Below are positions 11,535-21,814 of a DNA stretch of 43,834 nt, piece after piece; positions within the stretch are counted from its first letter, which is position 1; each line of letters starts with the position of its first letter. The stretch covers positions 12,212,133 through 12,255,966 of the forward strand of contig NC_069008.1 in assembly GCF_001194135.2 (NCBI RefSeq). The letters are read 5' to 3'. The position numbers and the translations under genes were made by a program. The notes beneath the pieces are model-generated. The model was given only the letters and a program-made list of their open reading frames with translations, was not told the DNA's origin and made no database searches. Origin of the DNA: Octopus bimaculoides. Lineage: Eukaryota.

Positions 11535-11964
11535 CAAAATGGTGAGCTGGCAGAAACGTTAGCATGCCGGGCGAAATGCTTAGCGGTATTTCGTCTGCCG
11601 CTATGTTCTGAGTTCCAATTCAGCCAAGGTTGACTTTGCCTCTCATCCTTTCGGGGTCGATTAAATAAGTACCAGTTACACACTGGTGTCGATATAATCA
11701 ACTTAATACGTTTGCCTGTCCTTGTTTGTCTCCTCTGTGTAGCCTCTTGTGGGCAGTAAAGAAATAAGAGACATTAGCACATTGGCCAAAATGCTCAGTG
11801 GTATTTTGTCTGTCTTTACATTCTGAGTTCAAATTCTGCCGAGGTCCACTTTGCCTTTCATACTTTTGGGGTCGATAAATTAAGTATCAGTTGCGTACTG
11901 GGGTTGATCTAATCAACTGGCCCCCTCCCCGCAAATTTTGGGCTTTGTGTCTAGAGTAGAAAAG
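11535..11964 (+). mobile_element. Two tandem family A SINE units flanked by a single 18-bp target-site duplication
   Basis: attcttctaccagttact at 11517-11534 and 11965-11982. Confidence 0.85.
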
Positions 11965-12926
11965 ATTCTTCTACCAGTTACTGACATTCATTGCATGCAT
12001 TCATGCACATATACAAATACACGCATGAATAGACAAACACATGCACACACACACGTACCCACATGCACAAACATACTCATGGTCACACATACAAAAATAC
12101 ATACATACATGCATGCATATACACATACATAAATACACACACACATACGTACATATAACCAGAAATGACTGCCAAAAGTAGCAATAATTATCTAGGTCGT
12201 TCAATCTTTCTCAACCGACCAATGGGCTAATTGAATAAACCTATCAATAACGAACTCATAATGACTACTGGAAACAGGTGTTAGTCAAATTTACTTTGAT
12301 AAAGAAATATGGAATGACCATTATTCATGCCTTGTCTTATATATATATATAGAGATTGGAGCCTGGTGTTGCCATCCGGTTTCACCAGTCCTCAGTCAAA
12401 TCGTCCAACCCATGCTAGCATGGAAAGCAGACGTTAAACGATGATAATGATGATGATGATGATGATATATATATATATATATCTTATCATCATCATTGTT
12501 TAATGCCTGCCTTCCATGCTGGCATAGGTGAGACTGTTTGACAAGGGCTGGCCAAGCAGAAGCCTGCACCAGACTTCTGTATCGGTTTTGACAGGATTTT
12601 TACAGCTGGATGCCCTTCCTAACACCAACCATTCAGCAGAGTGGACTTAGAACTTTTACATGGCACAAGCACAGGCAAGGTCAGTTTTGGCAAGGTTTTT
12701 ACAGCTGGGTGCTCTTCCGAATGCCAACCACTTTACAGTGTGGACTGGGTGCTTATAAGTGGCACCTGCATTGACAGGGTCACCAAGCACATACAAGACG
12801 CACAAAAAAAAAAAACACTTTTGAAGNNNNNNNNNNNNNNNNNNNNNNNNNNNNNNNNNNNNNNNNNNNNNNNNNNNNNNNNNNNNNNNNNNNNNNNNNN
12901 NNNNNNNNNNNNNNNNNNNNNNNNNN

Positions 12927-14937
12927 TCCTATTATTTTCATTGGAGTTGAGCCTATCATCAACTTCAGTTAAAACCGCAACATCATTACTGTTGCATTCT
13001 ATTTGTTGGTTAAAATTATGGTTGGCAGGACTAAGCATATTGTTATTATCCTCATAATTTCTATTGTCATTGTTATTTTCACTTCTATTTATATAATTAT
13101 TAGTAGTATCATTATTGGTATTTGCTAGATTATTATTTGTATTACTATTCATATAACCATATCCACTATTTTTAACTTCATTGATTCTAGCTGACCTGAT
13201 ATTCTTTTTGTTTAACCTTGCTATGATTGTACCTACATTAGGAAGGGTAGAGTAAGAAATTCGGACTGTATGACAAGAGAAAATTCTACTATATCTGTGG
13301 GAAGAAGGGAAATTTTTTTGTAAAATATTCATAAATTTTTTGTAAATATTTGTGGATATTGCACAGTTGAAGGGGATATTTAACCAGATAGAGTTTTTAT
13401 TTTTTCTCTTAAATTTATTGCGTGGGTGAGTATGGGGTATACTTTGATTACTATTACTTCCCAGAACAATATTATTATTATGATTGGTAGTTCTTTTAGT
13501 TGTGGGATACTTCTTATTTATATCATTAGTTTTGCCATTACTGTCTACTAACATTGGTTTATTACTAGTGTTAGCATGTAGTCTACTATTAAAATGTACT
13601 TTATTACTTTTCTTATTAGTTAAATTTTTAGGCATATAGGGTTGTTTTCTATTTGGTCCATTATTACTACTACTTAAGTTATTAGGTTTGTTATAACATC
13701 TATGACTATTATTATTATTATTACCATTATTATTGTTGTTATTATTATTATTATTATTATTATCTGCATCAAGGAGAGATGTCCTACCAGGACTAAGAAA
13801 ATAAATTTTGGGGGCATATCCAGCTTTAGACAAAGCCACATTATAGTAGTTTGAATTAGAGTTAAATATATCAATGTTAGAAGATAATCTAGTAATTCTC
13901 TCAGAAATACTTTTAACTATCGAATTTAATACATTTGGTGGATGATTGGAAAATCTACTTACATATCTAGTAACTTCATTCTCTTTTCTAGCTTCTATGT
14001 TAAGAGTGGTGTCTAAAAAAATTACAATCTTATTACCATATTCGTATGTAATATTTAAGTTAGAACTTCTAAAAAATTTTCTAATTTTCTTTCTTATTCT
14101 CTCAATGAATGATTTATTATTACTAGGGATGATGAATAAAGCATCATCCCTATATAGACCACCTTTTAGCTCCGGGATTTCTTTGTTTAAGCAATATAAG
14201 AGGTAAGCTCCTACTAGATTTGTAACCTCAGCCGAATTGCTCGACCCCATTGGTACATCAAAATTTTCTGGGGTATCGGCTCTAGTCCAGAGCTTGCTAT
14301 CAAATTCAATAATAGTTCTTCTAGCTAACAAAATAATGTCTATCTTATCCCTAGTAATGAGGGAGCGATTCATAGCAAAAATGAGAGCCTTATTTAGGAG
14401 AATAGGGGATATGCTAGAATAATAGTTATTTATATCAAACTGAATAAACGAAAAGTTACCAGTGTTGTCAATAGATTTAAACCAGTTTAGTGCTTCTTCA
14501 GTATTATTCCATAACTTTAAGGATAAATTAGGAATTATAAGAGGTAAAATATTGTCTAGTATAAGTTTACTAAGTCTGTCAATGTCAGACCTAGATGGGC
14601 AAATGAGCCTCACAGTCGGGTTATCCTGGAAGTTCTTCTTGTGGTCTTTCAAATTAATCCTAGGTTCAGCTGGAACCAGTAGTTCAGTTCTATCTATTAA
14701 GTCATAGTCCTGCATAATTTTCTTGATCTTTAAATTAATCTCCGATAGATTTCTTTTAGAGGTTATTTTGTATTTGGAGTTAAGTTCCTTCATGATAAGT
14801 TTTTTGTAAGTAGTATAATCCAGTCTGTACAAATTTCCAGTTTTGTCAGCAGGGACTAGAATACCCGGTTTATTCTGTATCGACTTGATGAATTCCTTAA
14901 GCTTTCTTAGATGTAAATTTTTCTTAATATATACATT
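12927..14937 (-). mobile_element. Penelope-like retroelement (Naiad/Neptune-type), 5'-truncated, with an open RT/thumb/linker frame
   Basis: One stop-free frame from 14937 (NVYIKKNLHLRKLKEFIKSIQNKPGILVPADKTGNLYRL) to the gap. Motifs LKDHK..F.DNPTVRLI, FDINNYYSSI, FDVPMGS..AEV..LVG, GLYRDD, FLD, SNHPP, IWLNIPF..ISYSTLPNV. GIY-YIG endonuclease not visible before the N-gap. Confidence 0.9.
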
Positions 14938-16169
14938 TTATAGGCTGACCAAAATACTCTCATAGAATGTGACCAAATAAAGTTTATTTTTCAACATAGT
15001 CTCCACTTGCAATACATACACTTCTTCCATCGGTTTTGCAGTGCTTGGATCACGTTGGTGAAGAAGCTTCTATCCTGTTGGTCCAAAATGTCATCAACAA
15101 CAGATATGACATCATCATCACTGTGATACTGGTTCCCAGCCAAGTGTTTTTCCTGTTGGCGAACAGATGATAGTCAGATGGGTCCAAATGAGTAGAATGG
15201 GGATGGTGATCAACTAGTTCAAAACCACACTCACACATAGCAACCATTGAAACCAAGGACATATTTGCCGCAGCATCGTCCTGATGAAAGAAGACCCCTT
15301 TCATCAATTTTCCCAGGCATTTGGTAACCGCCTCAGCAGGTTGGCATAGTACTGTCCATTGATGATGTGGACCATTTGAAGATAGTCAATAAGCACAACG
15401 CCTTTTGCATACCAAATAACTGAAACCATCACCTTCTCTGCAAATGAAATGACCTTGGTCTTCTTTCAAGCAGGTGAGGAGGGGTGTTTCCACTGGATGG
15501 AATGTCTCTTTGTCTCTGGCTAAAAGGGAAGAACCTAACACTCATTATAGGTGAGGAAACGTTGAAAGCGACCAGCTGGAACTTCCTCAAACAATGTCAG
15601 ATTTTCCCGTCATGTGATTAGCCTGGTGCACTTTTGATAGGTATCAGAAAATGTGGCACCCATCAAGCAGAAAACGTTGTCATACAATGTTCATTGTGTC
15701 AGATATTCTCAATTCTCTTATGGCATATGCTAATAGCATTGGCTATTTGATTTATAGTCAATCGTCTGTTATCCATTCACATGTGGCGAAGACAATCAAT
15801 GATTTCCTTGATGGCAGCAGGTTCAGGACTTCCAGACCTTGGGTAACCTTCAACACTCTCCTTTCCCCTCCTAAATTCAGCTGCCCACTTTTGCACTGTT
15901 GATAAAGCTAAAGTGTTATCCTGTAATGTAGCAACCATGTTACCATGAATGTCCTTGGGGGCTAAAGCCTCTTTCTGAAGTACTTGATGATATCACAATA
16001 CCAAATTTTGCCTATTTTCAAAAGAAGTTGCTACTAGTTACTTCTGAAGTCTTCTTTGAACAGTCAGATGTCAATTTACCTGAAAGGAAACAATGCAGTT
16101 ATTAATATGTAGAGTTGAAATGAATGCATGCAAGATTTCAGCCTATGAACTTTTCAATCCACCCTCGTA
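14938..16169 (-). mobile_element. Mariner (Tc1/mariner) DNA transposon, near full length, degenerate transposase
   Basis: Remnant motifs PETKR.SIQWKHPSSP, KVMVSVIW..KGVVLIDYL, FHQDDA, HHPHSTHLDPSDYHLF. Intact TIR at 16138-16169 (revcomp tacgagggtggattgaaaagttcataggctga); only ataggctga remains of the other TIR at ~14940. Confidence 0.9.
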
Positions 16170-16304
16170 CTTATTGGTTGAGCTGATTCACTTTTTAAAA
16201 TATTTAGTTAAGAGAACCATATTAGTTTCATAACATAGCCATGGGGTTTGCTGTTTTAATGCATTTAAAAATTTTATAAAAGATGTACAAAAAATTAGAT
16301 ACCT

Positions 16305-16428
16305 CATTTATTCATGTAGTGAGAACACCACATGTAGTGAGAAAGTCTAAAATGAAATTCCATTATGCAGCTGAGGAGTACATTTTCATTGTAAATTCTA
16401 TGTGGTGTTCTCACTACATGAATAAATG
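16305..16428. repeat. 29-bp perfect inverted repeat with 66-bp spacer
   Basis: catttattcatgtagtgagaacaccacat (16305-16333) / atgtggtgttctcactacatgaataaatg (16400-16428). Confidence 0.9.
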
Positions 16429-17019
16429 GAGCTTGTACGAAACGTACGTACTGCTATAACCTATTGAATTTTTGTTGCTTAACTTCAAATTTTATTCACC
16501 AAATCTCTTGATTTTGTTTTTGGTTTTTACCCAACCAAATTCTGGTGCCTCAAACATTTTAAGTACCACATTTAATCTTTTGATTAAATCTATATTATTA
16601 TACCTCATTTATAAAATTAGATACCTCGTTTATAAATTAATTCAGTTGTTTGATCTTTCAGGGCAAATATGTTTATCACATTCTCATAGAAATCTGCTTT
16701 AATCAGGTGTTGAAATCTTTTTCAATTGATATGAGCCAACCATGAAAGTCTTTCCTCACCTGTTGTATTTCTTTGCGAAGTTTTAATTCTCTTCCATGCA
16801 GAAAAAGGACCACTCGACAGAGGCAGTTTTAGACGGAATTATCAAAATAAGATTGAAGAGTTCTGACATAGCTTCAATCAGATCATTACTCACACATTGC
16901 TTTTTAAGATCTTGCATAGAATACAGAACATTTAATTCATTCTGTAATCGTATTATGTAAAAAACAAAAAAAAAAAAAAAACATAAGTGGTTTTTAAAGA
17001 ATTTAAAGCTTCTGCTCTC

Positions 17020-17422
17020 TTTACTCTTTTACTTGTTTCAGTCATTTGACTGAGGCCATGCTGGAGCACCGCCATTAGTCGAGTAAATCGACCCCAGGAC
17101 TTATTCATTTTAAGTTTAGTACTTATTCTATTGGTCTCTTTTGCCGAACCGCTAAGTTACGGGGACGTAAACACACCAGCATCGGTTGTCAAGCAATGTT
17201 GGGGGACAAACACAGACACACAAACATAAACACACGCATATATATATATACATATATACGATGGGCTTCTTTCAGTTTCCGTTTACCAAATCCACTCACA
17301 AGGCTTTGGTCGGCCTGAGGCTATAGTAGAAGACACTTGCTCAAGGTGCCACGCAGGGGGACTGAACCCTGAACCATGTGGTTTGTAAGCAAGCTACTTA
17401 CCACACAGCCACTCCTACGCCT
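17020..17422 (-). mobile_element. tRNA-derived SINE family B, near complete
   Basis: Minus-strand head ggcgtaggagtggctgtgtggtaag..ggttcagtccccctgcgtggcacc, then ttgagcaagtgtcttctactatagcc and a central (TA/CA) microsatellite. Partial copies at ~7075-7260, 10990-11140, 26225-26330, 37205-37350, 40655-40880. Confidence 0.85.
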
Positions 17423-17504
17423 GAATTCTGGAATTTTGTTTTGCAATATTCTTCACTTTTGCTGAAATTGAAAAGTACTATGAATTTAAGCACTTCTGAA
17501 GATG

Positions 17505-17832
17505 AGTAATTGGCAGTCTGTCGGTTACGACGAGGAGGGTTCCAGTTGATCCAATCAACGAAACAGCTTGCTCATGAAATTAACATGCAAGTGGTTGAGC
17601 ACTCCACAGACATGCATATCCTTCAAGTAGTTCCCAGGGAGATTCAGCATAACACAGAATGTGATAAGGCTGGCCCTTTAAATTACAGGTACAACTTATT
17701 TTTGCCAACTGAGTGGATCGGAGCAATGTGAAATAAAGTGTCTTGCTCAAGGACACAATGTACCATCGGTTTCGAACCCACGAGCTTACGATCGTGAGCC
17801 GAACGCCTCCAACCACTTAGCCACGCGCCTGC
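17505..17832 (-). mobile_element. tRNA-derived SINE sharing its 3' tail with family C
   Basis: tRNA-like head (gcgtggctaagtggttgg..gggttcgaaacc). 3' ~170 bp homologous to 24699-24870 and 27245-27395. Confidence 0.8.
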
Positions 17833-19994
17833 ACGTTAAGGATGAGTATCGGGTTTTTAATTGGTCGAATTTTGTTGTAGAGCATTGAATGATGTTNNNN
17901 NNNNNNNNNNNNNNNNNNNNNNNNNNNNNNNNNNNNNNNNNNNNNNNNNNNNNNNNNNNNNNNNNNNNNNNNNNNNNNNNNNNNNNNNNNNNNNNNNNNN
18001 NNNNNNNNNNNNNNNNNNNNNNNNNNNNNNNNNNNNNNNNNNNNNNNNNNNNNNNNNNNNNNNNNNNNNNNNNNNNNNNNNNNNNNNNNNNNNNNNNNNN
18101 NNNNNNNNNNNNNNNNNNNNNNNNNNNNNNNNNNNNNNNNNNNNNNNNNNNNNNNNNNNNNNNNNNNNNNNNNNNNNNNNNNNNNNNNNNNNNNNNNNNN
18201 NNNNNNNNNNNNNNNNNNNNNNNNNNNNNNNNNNNNNNNNNNNNNNNNNNNNNNNNNNNNNNNNNNNNNNNNNNNNNNNNNNNNNNNNNNNNNNNNNNNN
18301 NNNNNNNNNNNNNNNNNNNNNNNNNNNNNNNNNNNNNNNNNNNNNNNNNNNNNNNNNNNNNNNNNNNNNNNNNNNNNNNNNNNNNNNNNNNNNNNNNNNN
18401 NNNNNNNNNNNNNNNNNNNNNNNNNNNNNNNNNNNNNNNNNNNNNNNNNNNNNNNNNNNNNNNNNNNNNNNNNNNNNNNNNNNNNNNNNNNNNNNNNNNN
18501 NNNNNNNNNNNNNNNNNNNNNNNNNNNNNNNNNNNNNNNNNNNNNNNNNNNNNNNNNNNNNNNNNNNNNNNNNNNNNNNNNNNNNNGTTTATAGCAGAGC
18601 ATACTTGCGAAATAACTAAATTCAGGACAGGTGCACAACAACGAACAGAGATCGCACATTCATATTTCTTTCTTACCTTTGACTGCAACCCATTTAATTG
18701 TCTTGCCATTGGTAGCAGCACCACCATAGGTTTGTGCAGTTAATTTGTTCCCACACTTCCACGTTTCAATGCATTTAAAAACGTTCAGATCTGATTGATC
18801 TGCACTAACATCATTAAAATTGATAAATCGTTCTTTAATAACACAATCTTTTGTAACATAACGTAAAACAGATTATTCATCTACAAGAGTAGCAACGAAT
18901 TTAGCCTGCTTCAGGCAATTTTGTATTTCATCCAACATAACTTTTTTGAACTGCATCGATCAAGTCATTTTGAATTTTGTCTGAGAGACCTGAGAAAACA
19001 GAAGCAATATCAAAATGGCTTGTCAAATTTTCGTCATATTTCCCTATTAAATATAAGAGTTCTTTATAAATTCTGCGATTATTGGATTCTTTACATTTAA
19101 AATGACCCCGAAATGATAATTCCTGGAGACGGCAATTGTCCGAAGACGAAGAAAACACCATGCATATGTGTATATGCATGCTTGTATATGTGGGTGTGTA
19201 TGTATACTTATAAAGAGAGCTATCGTTCTTACGCATGCGCAATACAATTGATTTCCATTTCCTTAATATTTAAACCATGTTACCTTCTTGTTTGACATCT
19301 TCCTCAATTATCACTCGGTATTATAATAATATCAATTATAAAATATTTCTGTAAGTATTAAAGACCCAATGTATTAATTCTCTTTATTGTTGTAGATTAC
19401 CTGATTTCTTACCGACCCGCACCACAAACTGTACCCCTTTGGTGTTGCTAGTCAGACGTCGATGTTCTATTACTAACTACATTGTCTATAATCGGTTGTT
19501 GAACATATTTAAAGGCTATCTTGGTCTCTCTCTCTCTCTGTATATATATNNNNNNNNNNNNNNNNNNNNNNNNNNNNNNNNNNNNNNNNNNNNNNNNNNN
19601 NNNNNNNNNNNNNNNNNNNNNNNNNNNNNNNNNNNNNNNNNNNNNNNNNNNNNNNNNNNNNNNNNNNNNNNNNNNNNNNNNNNNNNNNNNNNNNNNNNNN
19701 NNNNNNNNNNNNNNNNNNNNNNNNNNNNNNNNNNNNNNNNNNNNNNNNNNNNNNNNNNNNNNNNNNNNNNNNNNNNNNNNNNNNNNNNNNNNNNNNNNNN
19801 NNNNNNNNNNNNNNNNNNNNNNTATATATATAGCTGCAGCACTTATAATGAAACCACACATAGCCAAACTAATCTTGGGTATTCTGAATAAGCGCATCGA
19901 GCCATTCTTTCGCTTGAACCCTGATTTTCGTCAAACATGATCATATGATTGTTTATTAATTTCCGTAAATCTTTATTACCTCTTTATTTTTGTA

Positions 19995-20424
19995 TTCAGG
20001 AGGCGATCTTTCGTTTTCAGTATCAGAGTTGCCAAATATCTTCGTTGTGTGTGAGAGCGTGTTCTGTTTTTATATAATTATGTGCGTGGAATGTAGATAT
20101 AACAATAAACACAATGTCGCATTTTAAACTAGAGAAAAGCCTTGCATATTTGTTCTTACCTGCTTCATTTGTGTATGTTTAAAATGCGACATTGTTTGTC
20201 TTATATCTACATTCCACACACATAAAAACAGAACACGCTCGCGCACACACGCATACACATACTCACACACACACACGTACACCCATTAGTTTTCTGTTCC
20301 ACTTCAATACATCAAACAAAACAAGCACGCACACGTACACAGGAGTGTTTACAGTTGACAAAGCAACATGAGCACATGCTCACGTGCTCAACTCTGATAC
20401 TGGAAACGAAAGATCGCCTCATGA
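19995..20424. promoter_or_regulatory. Palindromic candidate bidirectional promoter / first-exon module between the divergent ZNF genes
   Basis: Outer inverted arms 19995-20030 / 20389-20424. Inner arms 20046-20129 / 20177-20249. E-box CACGTG at 20381-20386. Donors gaa|GTGAGA (+, 20452), cag|GTAAGA (-, 20159) and gag|GTAATA (-, 19979). Confidence 0.55.
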
Positions 20425-20429
20425 CCTTT

Positions 20430-20632
20430 GGAAGGCGACATTTGCTTTGAAGTGAGAGCAGAAATTGAAAGAGAGGAGAAAGTGAAAGTTGTGTGTACGT
20501 GTATATGAACTGAACGTGTGTGTGAGTGAGAGAGATAGTATGTGTGTGAGTGAGTGAAGATGTGCGTTGTGATGATGTGTGGAAGGTGACATTTGCTTTG
20601 AAGTGAGAGCAGAAAGTGAAAAATGTATGGAT

Positions 20633-20664
<32 letters not shown>

Positions 20665-21010
20665 AAGTGAGTGAAGGTGTGTGTTGTCATGTATGTGTAA
20701 GTGGCACTCACTCTTTCTCACACACACATACAAAAAAATGCATATGTATTTATGTATGTACGTGTGAGAGAAAGAGAGCGAGTGAGTGCCACTTATACAT
20801 GCAAAAAAATACATACATGACAACATACACCTTCACTCTCTCTCTCTATCTCTCATACATGCACACAAAAAAGATGTATGCATATGTATTCATGTATGTA
20901 TGTGTATATGAAAGATGTGTGTGAGAGAGAGAACGCAAGTGGGTGCCACTTACACATACATGCAAAAAAATACATACATGACAACACACACCTTCACTCT
21001 CTCTCTCACA
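20430..21010. repeat. Mosaic of direct and inverted ~55-150-bp duplications in the putative first intron of ZNF gene 2
   Basis: gaagg.gacatttgctttgaagtgagagcagaaa at ~20431 and ~20582. gtgccactta..atacatacatgacaac..accttcac at ~20785 and ~20943, with its reverse complement at ~20661-20712. Confidence 0.8.
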
Positions 21011-21455
21011 CACACATTCATTTCATATACATACAGTAATCCCTTGCCATATCATGGTTCACCTATTGTGGTTTATTATTTAAGCTTATGTCAGTGCCTC
21101 CGTGGTATTGTTTTGCGTTTATAATAAGATAAATATATACAAATTATAAAAACAAAAAAAAAAAAAATACCTAATATCTCATTGAAATCTCAGAGCTATG
21201 ATTTAATGCATGATTAATTCAAAACAATGTGATTAAAAAGCATTACAGTTGACAAAATAATTTGAATGTTAAAGAGTTAAAGAAAAAATGTATTTGTTGA
21301 AGAATCCATGATTTTCAAATTCCTTACTCCATTTCTTTGGATAATTGCAAATTTTCTGATAAAGGCTTATTGCTACAGTTTATTCATAGAAGTCTAGTAA
21401 AATTTCAACTATTGTATATCTAAATCTTATATCCATTATTTCTCTGTTGTTTCAG

Positions 21456-21814
21456 GTTATCAAACGACGTTGGCCCCAGTGAACTGTTGACATCACATGT
21501 CATATTTATTTGTCATCTTTTTCTAAATTACCCGAGGAAGATATTATGTAGAACAAATATAACTTTGTTTATATAAACCTATGGTGAATTATTTCTTCTG
21601 AACTGAGATTAATAATAACATTTCCCTTCTTTATTGTTAGGAATGTTTACAAGATGGTTTTGTATTCTAATTAAATCTGGACAAATTTGCAGTATCTTCA
21701 GATATTGACAAAGATCACAGTGGATGGAAATATAGTAAAAGTCATATTTCAGACGAATAACATATAAAAATGAAAAAAAGTACATCATCACGTTTTCTCA
21801 AGAGGAGAGAAATT
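21456..21814 (+). other. Splice acceptor and 5' leader of the coding exon of ZNF gene 2
   Basis: tttctctgttgtttcAG|gttatc (AG at 21454-21455). Homologous to the leaders of gene 1 and the pseudogene. Confidence 0.7.

Larger units (their letters stand above)
16620..19140 (-). mobile_element. hAT transposase remnant (ZMYM1-like/DUF4371 type), interrupted by two SINEs and an N-gap
   Basis: QELSFRGH..SNNR.IYKELL..VFSGLSDKIQNDLIDAV (18940-19140). LRYV..IKERF..KLTAQTY, LNGLQSKV..C.AP.LNLV (18590-18880). Dimerisation-domain LILIIPSKTASVE.SF..KRIKT..GEERLS..SIEK..FYENVINIFALK (16620-16900). Confidence 0.85.

Noticed and set aside
12927-14940. Selenocysteine recoding, reported for some Naiad PLEs
   Set aside because: No in-frame TGA in the visible frame. 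The upstream stop is TAA at the mariner junction, and no SECIS can be assessed because the 3' end is in a gap.
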